Of a stretch of 64,000 nt of DNA, positions 31,776 through 46,202 are shown in pieces. Below the pieces are notes generated by a model. The model did not search any database. It was not told the origin of the DNA and worked only from the letters and a program-made list of their open reading frames with translations. Source of the DNA: Eledone cirrhosa (taxonomy: Eukaryota); the NCBI GenBank assembly GCA_964016885.1, contig OZ024740.1, positions 427,552,001-427,616,000 on the forward strand, written 5' to 3'. Position 1 is the stretch's first letter; every line of letters starts with the position of its first letter. The translations under genes and the position numbers were made by a program.

Positions 31776-32831
31776 TGTATTGGGAGAGATAGAGGGTGAA
31801 GAAGGATATTGGGAGAGAGAGAGAGGGGGTGAGAGACTATATTGGGAGGGAGAGAGTGTGAGAGAGTATATTGGGAGAGAGAGAGAGGAGGTGAGAGACT
31901 ATATTGGGAGAGAGAAAGGGTGAGAAAGTATATTGGGAGAGAGAGAGAGAGGGCGAGAGAGACTATATTGGGAGAGAAAGAGGGTGAGAGAGTATATTGG
32001 GAGAGAGAGAGGTTGAGAAAGTATATTGGGAGAGAGAGAGAGAAAGGGTGAGAGAGTATATTGGGAGAGAAAGAGGGTGAGAAAGCATATTGGAAGAGAG
32101 AGAGGGTGAGAGAGTATATTAGGAGAGAGAGAGGTTGAGAAAGTATATTGGGAGAGAGAGAGACAGGGGTGAGAGACTATATTGGGAGAGAAAGAGGGTG
32201 AGAGAGTATATTGGGAGAGAGAGAGGTTGAGAAAGTATATTGGGAGAGAGAGAGAGAGAGGGTGAGAGAGTATATTGGGAGAGAAAGGGGGTGAGAGAGC
32301 ATATTGGAAGAGAGAGAGGGTGAGAGAGTATATTAGGAGAGAGAGAGGTTGAGAAAGTATATTGGGAGAGAGAGAGACAGGGGTGAGAGACTATATTAGG
32401 AGAGAAAGAGGGTGAGAAAGTATATTGAGAGAGAGAGAGAGGGTGAGAGATAATATTGGGAGAGAGAGAGGGTGAGAGAGTATATTGGGAGAGAGAGAGC
32501 GGATGAGAGAGTATATTGGGAGAGAGAGAGGGTGAGAGAGTATATTGGGAGAGAGAGAGAGAGAGGTTGAGAGACTATATTGGGAGAGAAAGAGAGTGAG
32601 AGAGTATATTGGGAGAGAGAGAGGGTGAGAGATAATATTGGGAGAGAGAGAGGGTGAGAGAGTATATTGGGAGAGAGAGAGGGGGTGAGAGAGTATATTG
32701 GAAGAGAGAGAGGGTGAGTGAGTATATTGGAAGAGAGAGAGAGAGATGTTAAGAGACTATATTGGGAGAGAAAGAGGGTGAGAGAGTATATTGGGAGAGA
32801 GAGAGAGGGTGAGAGAGTATATTGTGAGAGA

Positions 32832-32862
<31 letters not shown>

Positions 32863-32939
32863 CGAGGGTGAGAGAGAAAAAGAGAGTGTGAGAAACTATA
32901 TTGGGAGAGAAAGAGAGAGGATGGGAGGGTATATTGGGA

Positions 32940-32978
<39 letters not shown>

Positions 32979-33554
32979 CGAGAGAGAGGGTGAGAGAGAG
33001 AGAGGGTCAGAAAGTATATTGGGAGAGAGTGAGAGAGAGAGGTTGAGAAAGTATATTGGGAGAGAGAGAGAGACAGGGGGTGAGAGACTATATTGGGAGA
33101 GAAAGAGGTGAGAGAGTATATTGGGAGAGAGAGAGGGTGAGAGATAATATTGGGAGAGAGAGAGAGGGTGAGAGAGTATATTGGGAGTGAGAGAGAGGGT
33201 GAGAGAGTATATTGGGGGAGAGAGAGAGGGTGAGAGAATATATTGGGAGAGAGAGAGAGAGGTTGAGAGACTATATTGGGAGAGAAAGAGGGTGAGAGAG
33301 TATATTGGGAGAGAGAGAGGGTGAGAGATAATATTGGGAGAGAGAGAAGGTGAGAGAGTATATTGGGAGGGAGAGAGTGTGAGTGAGTATATTGGGAGAG
33401 AGAGAGAGAGAGGGTGAGAGACTATATTGGGAGAGAAAGAGGGTGAGAGAGTATATTGGGAGAGAGAGAGGGTGAGAGAGTATATTGGGAGAGAGAAAGA
33501 GAGAGTGGGTGAGAGAGTATATTGGGAGAGAGAGAGAGAGTGTGAGAGAGTATA

Positions 33555-33603
<49 letters not shown>

Positions 33604-34300
33604 GGTGAGAGAGTATTTTGAGAGAGAGAAAGAGAGAGTGTGAGAAACTATATTGGGGGAGAGAGAGAGGGTGAGAGAATATATTGGGAGAGGGAGAGAG
33701 AGAGAGGGTGAGAGAGTATATTGAGAGAGAGAGAGAGAGGGTGAGAGAGTATATTGGCAGAGAGAGAGAGCGTGAGAGAGTATATTGGGAGAGAAAGAGG
33801 GTGAGAGAGTATATTGGGAGAGAGAAAGAGAGAGGGGGTGAGAGAGTATATTGGGAGAGAGAGAGAGGGTGAGAGAGTATATTGTGAGAGAGAGAGAGAG
33901 AGAGAGAGGGTGAGAGAGTATTTTGAGAGAGAGAAAGAGAGAGTGTGAGAAACTATATTGGGAGAGAGAGAGATAGGATGAGAGAGTATATTGGGAGAGG
34001 GAGAGATAGAGAGGGTGATAGAGTATATTGGGAGAGAGAGAAAGAGGGGTAAGAGTATATTGGGAGAGAGAGAGAGAGGGGGAGAGAGTATATTGGGAGA
34101 GAGAGAGTGAGAGAGACAGAGGGTGAGAGAGAGAGGGTGAGAAAGTATATTGGGAGAGAGAGAGGGTGAGAGAGTATATTGGGAGAGAGAGAGGGGGGTG
34201 AGAGCGTATATTGGGAGAGAGAGAGATTGTCAGAGAGTATATTGGGAGAGAGAGAGAGAGGGTGAGAGAGTATATTGGGAGAGAGAGAGAGGTGGTGAGA
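31775..34300 (+). repeat. Purine-rich minisatellite, ~28-35-bp unit gagagagtatattgg(ga)n-gggt
   Basis: Dozens of tandem tatattgggaga cores separated by variable (GA)n. Confidence 0.97.
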
Positions 34301-34467
34301 AAGAACAGATGGAGAAAATAAGGTGAAGAAGATTCTGATGTGTTTAAAATATTGAAGCGTATTAAATGTCCTCCAATATATGTCATCCCAGTGCTTTACA
34401 TGTTTCATTAGAAATATTAACCAACCAATCAGCTCATCTCATATTCGTATATACAATTATACATATA

Positions 34468-34552
<85 letters not shown>

Positions 34553-35163
34553 GTGTGTGTGTGAAGTGTGTGCGTGTGTGTGTGTACACTATTCATATAC
34601 GCATGCAGTACACATACTCGTGGTAAACATACATATACAATGGTACAACGAATGCTGTAAAATGATAAAAGATTTAAACTAGATATACAGAAGAGATGGC
34701 GATGCGTGTGAGGGGGAGGCGGGATGATAAAATGTTTTTTCTTTCTTTTTGACAAGATTTGGTTCCATAAAGGAAATAATGGCGGCCATCTTTAGTATTA
34801 TTTGCTTTCTTTTCGTCGTTACTCTCTAAGATATTTTTCGAATAGTTAAATTGGTTTGAGATATTTTCACTTTGATTTCTATATACCTGCTGGTTAATTT
34901 GGTCGTTTGACGTGGTAGAAGTGGTAGCTGAATGTTTTCAAATCAGAAAGCGGAGATTGGACATTATAGTTGTAAATACACTAAATGTTGATATGGTCAT
35001 GCTTGAAACATCCTTCATCACATCGTTGTTGCTCAATCAAGTTTGACGGATGAAACAGAATCAGCGAATTGTGCCCATGTCTCCCATAATTTATATCCTA
35101 CAATCTTAAGTATGATGAGATTTAAGACTACACACACACACACACACGCACACACATATATAT

Positions 35164-35220
<57 letters not shown>

Positions 35221-35221
<1 letters not shown>

Positions 35222-35415
35222 GAAAAGAGTCAGAACCCCGACGGCAGACCTAAAGCCGTTTCAACAGCTATTTCTGACTCCAGGAATAGCTGTCGAAACG
35301 GCTTGAGCTCTGCCGTCGTAGTTCTGACTCTTTTCCTATTACCCACTCCACTACCCTAAGTATAGGGTATTCTGGTGGGTTATGGTCTACCTGGTTCCTG
35401 ACCGCACTTCCTTCG

Positions 35416-35418
<3 letters not shown>
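35221..35418 (+). mobile_element. Hairpin-headed short element (IR 35221-35336) between (TA)n tracts
   Basis: Homologous to 17788-17980. Confidence 0.75.
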
Positions 35419-35480
<62 letters not shown>

Positions 35481-35746
35481 GCATGCCATTTTTAACATTT
35501 TTAACATTTTTTAAAATTCTGTATGTAATATGCTTGATATATTCATTTTCTAAATTTACCTCACGCATAATTTGCTTCGTATGTTCTTTCTATGCTATAT
35601 CTTTTTTCTGTAATATGTATTTGCTTGATATATTTTGTACCTGAATTATAACTTTATGAAAGATTTTCTAAATAATATGCTCACTATTTACACTTTATGT
35701 AATGACCTCTTCACAACAGTTCCTAATACTTTGATATCTGTACAAT

Positions 35747-35937
35747 ATAATTGTTTCTTCTTTTGGCACAAGGCCAAAAATTACCCAGTGTATTACTGGT
35801 ACTTTATTTTATCGACCCCGTAAGGATGAAAGGCAAAGTTGACCACGGAGAGATTTGAACTCAGAATGGCAATGGCCGTAAATCTTGGCGTCAAAGCATG
35901 GTGTCCGACCCTCTACCGATACTGCCAATCCACGGCC
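35747..35937 (-). mobile_element. SINE family 1; further copies at 38844-39028(-), 39290-39483(-, 17-bp TSD ataagtactaaaataat), 39669-39855(-), 43537-43920(+, tandem pair), 50300-50500(+) and 56813-56878(-, tail only)
   Basis: Consensus match and flanking duplications. Confidence 0.85.
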
Positions 35938-36084
35938 ATTAGTGACAAAATGATATCTGTATAATATAATATAATTTTGTCACTCTTGCTTTTCAATATG
36001 ATGTCACTGACACTGTCAATAGTAATGTATCTTAATGAGTGTTCTGAGTAGTAGGATTATAATTACCTGTTTAAACAGTGTGTA

Positions 36085-36131
36085 TGCTCCGATGTTTCCA
36101 GACAGTTGTCTGGAAGAAACGATCCTCAGCA
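36085..36131 (+). ncRNA. Hammerhead-like motif, C4 core variant; relative at 60558-60604
   Basis: tgct-CCGATGT-ttccagaca/tgtctggaa-GAAA-cgatcc-TC-agca; the second copy is tgct-CCGATGG-ccaaac gaaa gtttgg-GAAA-cgattg-TC-agca. Confidence 0.65.
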
Positions 36132-37486
36132 ATTAAATGTATTAAGCAAAAATTTGATTGTTTTATATAAATAAATAAATATATATATATATATATATAT
36201 ATAAATATGAAATATATGGAGAATAGAATGGCAGTGTAGTTGCTATTTAAGGTAACTTAAAATGCAGTGGGAATAGGAAGAAAGCAAGAACGGGGTGGGG
36301 GGGGGGTTCCTCATCAGTTGTCTACTGGGGGGTCTCGGATATTTTTACGCTTCAAAGATAATATATATAAATATATGTATATATGTATATATGTGTGCGT
36401 GTGTGTGTTATGTATGTACATATGTATGTATGTAGTGTGGAGTCTTACTACGTTTGTTCAGATTTGCCAATAGAGTATAATATTAATTTATTATAGAAGT
36501 AAGCTTAGTTCTTGTCGTTACTCTGAGTTTCGTGATTACCTCCTGATCACGTAACTAAAGGCGGATTCACAAAACACGTCATATATAGCAAATATTTTAC
36601 TTACAATTATTTTCTGTGTGTGTAGTATTTATCAGAGACGCCTTTGACAAAAGGAAAGAGTGATTATATAATTCTAAGTTTTAAACAGGGAAGAAAGTTG
36701 TGTGGGAAATGATATTATAAACTTATTAATAATATAATGGAATGATTAGAAATGGCTTGACACTCATGTATATACAGTGGGGTGTCTTGTGTGTGTAGGG
36801 GGAGGTGTTCGAGTGTAAGTGTGTAAGTGTGTGTGTATATGTATGCGTGATTGTAAGTGTGTAAGTGTATGTGCGTGAGTGTGTGTATGTGAGTGGTGTA
36901 TGTGTGTGTGTAGGGGTAGGTGTTGAACGTAAGAGTGGAAGTGTGTGTGTGAGTGTAAGTGTGTATGTGCGTGTGAGTGGTGTATGTGCGTGAGTGTAAG
37001 TGTGTATGTGTGTGTGAGTGAGAGTGTGTGTGTAATCGTTTCTGAATGTGTGTGACAGCTCATACCTTTGTAGGTTTAGCTCTCGTTGGTTTGTAGGTTT
37101 AGATCTCGTTTGAGGTGTCTTGGGTGATTTAATGATAGGGACCCCAGTCCTATCATCTCATTTCTACAGCTGAGTAAACTGGAGCAACGTGAAATAAAGT
37201 GTCTTGCTCAAGGAAACAACACATCACCCGGTCCGAGAATTGCACTCACACCCTTCCAATTGCAAGCCCAATGCTCTAACCGCTAAGCCATTCTCCTTCA
37301 CTGTAAATGTGTGTGTTAAGGATTGAATCTCAATCTCTAGCTGAACTACAGATAAAACAAAAGAAAAACTAATACATTCTCTTAAATAATTGAAACCAAC
37401 TTGAATAATTACATGGAATAATTTGAACATTATTGTAGCTCAGTCTGAACATAAATAAAACATCCTCCACCTTTCCCTCACTTTAT

Positions 37487-37517
<31 letters not shown>

Positions 37518-37531
37518 GCTATCTGTATCAT

Positions 37532-37567
<36 letters not shown>

Positions 37568-40212
37568 ACTTTCTCTCTGTATCTCTCTCCCTCTCTCTGT
37601 ATCTCCCTACCTATCTCTCTCTGTATATCTCTCTCCCTCTCACCCTCTCTCTAGCTATCTGTATCCGTTTCACTCTCTCTATATATAATCTTTGTGTGTG
37701 AGTGTTTGTGTTTGAGCGCATGTATGTATGTTTGTATGTTTGTGTGTATGTATGTAATTATGTAATTATATATGCATGTATATATGTATGAATGTATGTA
37801 TGTATATATGTATGTGTGTGTGTATGCATGTGAGTATGTATGTATGCATGTATGCGTGTATGTATACATGTATGTATGAATGTATGTAGGTATGTATGTA
37901 TGTCATTTTGTATGTATGTATTTATGTATATATGTACGTATGTATAAAAGTATGTATGTATATATGTATGTATGTATGTATGAATGTATGTATGCATGTA
38001 TTTATCTATGTATGAATGTATGTATCTATGTATTTATGAATACATTTACGTATGTATGCATGTATGTATGTATGTAGATTTAGAAATGAGAGAGAGAGAG
38101 AGAGGGGGGTGTCATTTTAAAAAGCGAAATATGTCTTTATATATTATAGGCAAGTGTTTAAGTAATTTTCCTATTTTCATCCAGAAACATTATATTCGAT
38201 TAATCATTCTTGATAACCAAAAATTTGAATCATGCTTTAATTACGTTACTGCAGAGGCCACTGCACAAGCTACCAGCGAGGTCACTACAAGATAATTACA
38301 ACCAACTAATAAGGAAATACCTAAAAACTACAAGGCAAGCAGCATACAGCTTTCTTCACTTTATATAATACTACATTACATGGGTGAGTGACGGCTGATT
38401 CGAATTACACTTGCGAATTAATTGCATGTGTTGTAAAATATTAAACCTCATTGTTATTTGGTTTTACTGTTTAGTCACATAAGGAAAACTGTTCCCATGA
38501 CACATTTTTCAGGATCTCCGATATGTTTAGAAGGAAAAGGAGGAAGGGAATAATTTATCTTAAGACAGGAGACCTGGCCCGAATACTAGAAACGGGTTGA
38601 ACTCTGCTAACGTTATTTGAGAGTTAGATGATGTTAAATCCGGAGACATACTAAGTCTATCAACCAAGAACTCAAAACACAAAGAATGGAACTAATACTA
38701 TAGTATATTACTTTCAACATTCAAACAACTCTGCCATTCCACAAACCCTGACGGTGCTGTATTCTATGAGCACCAAAACCATGAAAAGCAAAACGATTTT
38801 TCTATATAGAATTTGAACTAAAAGCTCAAAACCGTTGAACAAATAACTGTTTCTACTTTGGGCAGAAGGCCAGCAATTACCCCAGTGCATTACTGGTACT
38901 TTATTTTATCGACCCCGTAAGGATGAAAGCAAAGTTAACCTCGGCAGGCTTTGAACTCAAACCATAAAGGGCCGTAACTCTTTGCTGCAAAACATGGCGT
39001 CTAACCCTCTCCGATACTGCCAATCCACAACGGAAGATATTTTATCCTACGTTTCAACAAATCTGCCAATTGGCTGCCGAACGCATCTTTCTCGTTGACA
39101 TCATGAATTTCTCACCGTTTCTATCAGATTCCCCCGTTTTCGATACGGTTCGTAGCAAGATTATTTATTCCGAGTGAGTTCAATTAATCCTAGAGAGGTT
39201 TCATGTTTATATAATAACAATATTTTAGTTTAAATATTTATTGGACCTAAACCCATTTGTTAAGCAATATCGATGTGATAAGTACTAAAATAATTGTTAC
39301 TACTTTTGGCACAAGGCCAACAATTATCCCAGTGCATTACTGGTACTTTATTTTATCGACCCCGTAAGGATGAAAGGCAAAGTTAACCTTGGCGGGATTT
39401 GAATTCAGATCATAAAGAGCCGTAACTCTATGCTGCAAAGCATGGCGTCTGACCCTCTACCGATTCTGCCAATCCACCGCCCTTATAAGTACTAAAATAA
39501 TGAGAAATTATATGTGGTCGGCAAGAATGAGTATAGACAGACAACACACCCAGGCAATTCCAGACATTTGTCCTGTTATGGATGCAGAGTCAAAAGCCGT
39601 AAAACTGAAGATGCAGGAGAGAAAGTCTCTTAGGTATTCCTGCTCTGAAGTATTGAGAATAAGTTCATATAATTGTTTCTACTTTTGGCACAAGGCCAGC
39701 AATTACCCAGTGCATTACTGGTACTTTATTTTATCGACCCCGTAAGGATGAAAGGCAAAGTAAATCTCGGCGGGATTTGAACTCAGATCATAAAGGGACG
39801 TAACTCTATGCTTCAAAGCATGGTGTCCGACTCTCTACCGATACTGCCAATCCCCATATATTGAACAAGTTCCTGACGGTTACTGTTTCTGTTGCACCAT
39901 AAATCATATTAGTGGTTCTAGTCCGAGAACGACGAGGAAGTCTGCTTACTCCTTAATTTTTGAAGTGGATGATGCCGAAGTAACTCACATTTCTGATATT
40001 GTAAAGGAAGCTACAACAGGCATTGTCTAAGAGATGAAAGATAGTGAATATCCTCCTATCAAGTGTACCACATGAAATATACTCGTGTGAGAACCAACTA
40101 CATTGAGTAACTAAACAATCTGTATAAACCCACCCTATATGTAAATTAACTCGAAAATAAAGGACTGCTACTGAGAACTCCCGGAAGATATGTTCTTACT
40201 TCTAACATATAT

Positions 40213-40626
40213 ATATATTCATTAGTTAAGCAAAACAAGACCACAAATTTCACAAGGAAGACATTATTAACAGATTGTCAACATATTTTAGTTTGATGTA
40301 AGGAATGTAGAGAATAATAATAATAATATTAATAATAATAATGTCCGTTTACAATTGTTTCGCTACTCCATATAATATTTCTGGATCAGATGACTATATA
40401 TCATTATTGATCTGGTTCAGTTGAAAATAATTAACATATTTAAAAACAGAGCGGCTCATCGGAACTTCAAAGGAATATAAATTAAAATAAGGAGAGAATG
40501 TTACATAATGTAGTGTTCCATATTATTCTCTACATTCCTTACATCAAACTAAAATATGTTGACAATCTGTTAATAATGTCTTCCTTGTGAAATTCGTGGT
40601 CTTGTTTTGCTTAACTAATGAATATT
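40213..40626. mobile_element. Fold-back element (~105-bp arms) with a hammerhead in the spacer
   Basis: 40213-40320 is the reverse complement of 40520-40626. Confidence 0.85.
40347..40465 (-). ncRNA. Hammerhead ribozyme, C4 variant, long stem II insertion
   Basis: Minus strand: gtt-CCGATGA-gccgctct...ggagtagc-GAAA-caattg-TA-aac. Confidence 0.7.
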
Positions 40627-40800
40627 TCCAGCTCTGCGCACCTAAATTCTGCATGAACCCAGCCACCTAGCTGCTTTCTACTGCATATTGCACATTGAGC
40701 ACATGCCTTTACGCTTTGGCTTCTAACTAATTCACCAATCTCTCCTCTCGCATCTCCTCTCCTATCTCCATCTCTCTCTTTAAGATTGGTTACTCTTGAA

Positions 40801-40879
<79 letters not shown>

Positions 40880-41151
40880 GATAGTATACAGTGTTCCCTA
40901 ACTGCTATAGATCAGTCAATATTTCAATATGATCAACCCTCCGAAACGATCATAAAACAATGAATGAGATATGTAAAATAACTTGCCTTTGTTATCATTG
41001 TTAAATAATATATCTAATATATTAGACTAAGTATCTGAAAGATTGACTCAGCAAAACACGAAACCAATCTCTGGATCTCACTGAACTACTTGCTAAAGGA
41101 TTACATTAAGTTCTAACTACGGTATAGACCTTACCTCGAAAGGTAGACCTC

Positions 41152-41254
<103 letters not shown>

Positions 41255-41687
41255 AAGCTGGAAATAGCACGGAAAATATATTTAAGGGTCTGTTTTTCTT
41301 TTTTTATCCTTCCTTTGATTCGTCAAAGTGACATTATTGAAAAGATGACATTATTGAAAAAATGAGAGGGACAATTCTTTTTTAAAAAAGTTTTATAATG
41401 TATATAAAGTATATAAAATATATAAAGTATTACGAGTTTCGATGTATTATTAAAATTAATCTTATCAAATGTTGAGTATTACAATTAGAAAGAATTAATA
41501 GGTGTTAAAAACTAAAAATTATAGACTTATAATTAAAATCAAATGTTGGAGTAAGTTTTCTTCCATATTTCTTGGTCAAAATTTGGCTGGAGAATGATTT
41601 CTTGTTAATAGAAGCTGTGTTTCTTTACAGAACAAAGTTGTTTTTTGGAAAAATCCTGTAAATATGTGTGTATATATATATATATTA

Positions 41688-42178
41688 CAACCTGTCTCAT
41701 GGTCGGGTTGTTGGCGACTAAACTGGCAACCCCACCAAGGTTTCTTGGTGAGGAGGGTGACTTTGGACATCCTGCAGGAAAAAACAAAACCTGTCAAAGG
41801 GAAAGGGAGCTCTTAAGACTCAATAGCCATCCAAAATCACCGGGAGAGATGACCCCTTAGCCTTTGTCAAGGCAGAATTCTAGGAGAAGGAAAACTCTGA
41901 TATAACACCTGCAACCCTGATGGTATCCAATGATGTTGACTTGTTCTCTTTTTGGTAAATATCATCTTGGTTAAGAAAGTGGGACTGGCTTTGTGCAGTG
42001 CCTTTGCTCACTATAAAAGCTTCACAGCACAGGCATTGCTTTATATCTGGAGATCTCTCTGCACTTGTCATCACATGGTACCATGGGCCCTGCACTATGT
42101 GTCAATAATGGTCACAAGTGTAGTCTTTGTACCAGAGTTTTCAAGTCGCTGGCTGGACTAATAAGTCACACTCGTTCA

Positions 42179-42185
<7 letters not shown>
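41688..42185 (+). mobile_element. Short non-autonomous RTE-like derivative ending in (TA)n
   Basis: Homologous to 6341-6768; encodes HKCSLCTRVFKSLAGLISHTRSVH (C2H2). Confidence 0.6.
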
Positions 42186-42257
<72 letters not shown>

Positions 42258-42725
42258 CGTAACAAAAGTACTTATATGTTCTTCTCTTACATTTGTTTCT
42301 CAAGTGACCATTGAAATTAATCACCGTAATAGTAACGAGACACATATGAAGCTATAACGCCAATGTGACCGTGTGGGTGTGTGTCTGCTTAAGAGGAGAA
42401 CATGAGGGGAATAACTGGGAGAGAGGTAAATAAATAAAGATAAATATTTAGAATGAAAGAAGGTGAGATATACAGAGAAAGAAAGGGAGATAAGAGCAAG
42501 AGAAGTAGAGAGAGAGGGAGATGGGAGGAAAAGAAATAGAGAGTAAGGGAAATGAGAGGAAGAGAAATAGAGAGAGAGAGGGAGATGAGAGGAAGAGAAA
42601 GTGAAAGAATATAGAGATAAACATCTTTAAGTAAAGAAAAATAAGAAGATATCTGTCAAAGATAAACGAAAGAACGAACAGCAAACTTACACCAAACAGT
42701 ATTATAATCCTTATCATCATTAGAC

Positions 42726-42756
<31 letters not shown>

Positions 42757-42812
42757 TACGCATGTATATATACATGTACATATGTATGTACATATATACA
42801 TATATATGTATA

Positions 42813-42844
<32 letters not shown>

Positions 42845-43024
42845 CATATATATATATGTATATATATTAGATGTATGCATGCATATTATATATATATATA
42901 CATGTGTGTGTGCGTGTGTGTGTGTGTATGGGTGTATGTATGTGTGTGTGTGTGGTATAAATATATAGAGAGACCAAAGAGATTCAAAGATAGAATGATA
43001 CATATACTTACACACACACACACA

Positions 43025-43065
<41 letters not shown>

Positions 43066-43069
43066 ATAC

Positions 43070-43167
<98 letters not shown>

Positions 43168-44131
43168 GTGTCTAGATACATATATATAGCTAGTCAGTTA
43201 GATATTATCCAGATATAACTAAACGTGCACCCACGAAAGACGCGCATGTCACATCTTTTGCGTACATAATTTCAGTTACAAATAATCCTTCTCTTCCTTT
43301 CATATCTGTTCCCTTGAAATATTATTTCATTTAACCATAGCGATCTGAGTGTATTTATTTAGTTTTCTAATCAGACAATAGTTCAGCCCACCTCACTCAA
43401 CTATTATAGCTATTAGGAGCCCTTAAAATACTATCTGATAAAACACAGCACATCTCACATGTACAGACAACCTTGAAATCACAGCTGAAGATTTTATGTA
43501 GTAGTTCATAGATAGACACACTATCATTATTTTGTCAGTGGATTGGCAATATCGGTAGAGAGTCGGACACCATGCTTTGAAGCATAGAGTTACGTCCCTT
43601 TATGATCTGAGTTCAAATCTCGCCAAGGTTAACTTTGCCTTTCATCCTTACGGGGTCGATAAAATAAAGTACCAGTGATGTACTGGGTAATTGCTGGCCT
43701 TGTGCCAAAAGTAGAAACAATTATTTACCTAATTTCATGCTTTTCAGCATAGAGTTACGGTCCTTTATGATCTGAGTTCAAATTTCGCCGAGGTTAACTT
43801 TGCCTTTCATCCTTACGTGGTCGATAAAATAAAGTACCAGTCACGCACTGGGGTCGATTTAATCGACTTTCCCCTCCCCTAAAATTGTAGGCCTTGTGCC
43901 TATATAAGAAACCATTATTTACCTAATTTCTACCTGAACAATACTATACATATATGCATATATGTATATGTGTGAGTGTGAATGTGTGCGTATGTGTGTG
44001 TGTGTGGCCGTCGGTCTGTGTGTATCTGTCTGTGTATGTGTGTGTAGAAATATATATATATATCACCTTAGTTTTTTATTCCTCTGTATCTAACTATCTC
44101 TCTCTCTTTCTCTGTCCTTTTTCACACACAC

Positions 44132-44164
<33 letters not shown>

Positions 44165-44528
44165 CTCACTCTCTCAGTTTTTATGTCCCATATTCCCCCG
44201 CTCTCTCTCCCCTTACACCCACCACACATATTCTCTCTTTCTCACACTTTTCTCTCTCTATATTCCCCATCCTCACACCCTCCCTCCTCTATCCCTCTAT
44301 ATTCCCCATCCTCTCACCGTCCCTCCTCTATCGTTATGTCCCCCTCATTATTATTACTTCAATATACATACATCTATTTATCTGTCCCATCTAATTCATT
44401 TCCCATCTCCACTGTTCCTAACAACCGAATCAAATCTACATTAACTGAAGCCCGACAAATCTCTTTCCTATCTTTCAATCTACATCTTTTCTTTATATCT
44501 TTTCCTCATTTTTCTCAAATAGATATTT

Positions 44529-44601
<73 letters not shown>

Positions 44602-44604
<3 letters not shown>

Positions 44605-44898
44605 GAATTCCAACTTTGTCTGATTTACTCGTTTTATTTACAATCCTTTAAAATTTATAATGGTATTAGAATGAAATAGTATGGTAGAATATTAAATGTT
44701 ATTGAATATTAAATGTTATTGAACATTGCAACCTTGACTGTCACCACACAATATGAACCTGAAGATTGCGAAAGCATGAAAGTACCTGTTCAATTAACAC
44801 TTAACATTTAATATTCTACCATACTATTTCATTCTAATACCATTATAAATTTTAAAGGATTGTAAATAAAACGAGTAAATCAGACAAAGTTGTAATTC

Positions 44899-44903
<5 letters not shown>
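44602..44903. mobile_element. Family-D fold-back element within (TA)n, with HHR at 44754-44792 (+)
   Basis: Arms 44602-44724 and 44788-44903; tgaac-CTGAAGA..GAAA-gtac-ct-gttca. Confidence 0.85.
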
Positions 44904-44991
<88 letters not shown>

Positions 44992-45087
44992 TGACAGATA
45001 TAGTTAGATTGGCAGATAGAAAGATAGCTAGATGTATATGTATAAATTGAGAGAGAGAGGGAAGAAGAGTGAGAGAGAGAGAGAAGA

Positions 45088-45155
<68 letters not shown>

Positions 45156-45239
45156 AGAGGGAGGTTAAGGTCAACAATAAAAAAGAGTGTACAAAGTGAG
45201 AAGCAATCACAGAGAACAAATTACGAGAGGATTATTTGG

Positions 45240-46190
45240 TTAACACTTTGATGAGGAAAAGAGTGTAATCGACGTTTCGGGTGTTTGTTCTTCATCAGAA
45301 AAGAAACGTGAAAGTATTTTAGGAAAAGAAACCGGTTGGCTTCACGACGAAGATAAAGACTTGAATCTATGTGTGTGTACTGGCAGGAGAGTTTGAATGA
45401 AGCAGTGTTAGCTGAATGTGTGTTATATGTTAATGTTGACAAGGTGTGCGTATAGTTGATATTTATCCTCTGACTGGGGGGATGGGGAATTTGTTGCGAT
45501 TATTTGTGAGTGTATAGAGTTGTAGTTACGTGTGTTTCGTTGCTGATGCCTACAGGGTTGTATATACATAAGGGTGATTGTGTGAGTATATATTTGTGTG
45601 CATCGATCTTTGCATGTGTGCTTTTGTGAGTTTATGTGTGTGTGTGAGTGTGTGTGTGTTTATATTTCTCGGTATCTTGTGCATGTGTGTATATGAACGT
45701 ATATATGTATGATATAGATTGTGTGAAGCGCTAATATCAATATCAGTTTTTAGTATTGGGTCTCTGCATGGGACTGCATAAGTCTAATATATGTACCTTT
45801 TTCAACACCTTCATAGGAGATGTTTGCATTCCATAATCGAGCATAATTTTAGTTCCCTGGATCAAAGAATAATATGAGCTCTGATGGAGTTTCTGTTGTG
45901 AAATATTCCACCAGTATGGATGTATTCTAGTCCTGTATATTATGTCTGGCCGCTCCTCAAACTTAATCCTTCCTGGGGATGGCATTGTAAAGAGATTTTG
46001 TAGCAACATCTTTGCGAAGATATTTGGCCAGAATTGTGTGTCTATAGTTATGTCATCGGTAGGATTTTGCCATTTTTAGCAGATAGGCCGGATGTTGGGT
46101 CATTTCTTCTTTACATACTGAGAATATTCGTTATGATTTGTTTTAGCCCCAGGATAGTCCTTATCTTGTAGGTCACTAACCCATGAGGTT
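45240..46190 (-). pseudogene. Highly decayed PLE remnant
   Basis: Minus-strand DVATKSLYNAIP (motif A-like) and YYSLIQGTKIM (motif B-like); degenerate CTGATGA..GAAAcgTC near 45267-45297. Confidence 0.45.
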
Positions 46191-46202
46191 ACAGTCCAAT
46201 TA

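Noticed and set aside
33271-34386. 371-aa Ser/Leu/Pro-rich ORF
   Set aside because: Stop-free antisense reading of the purine minisatellite
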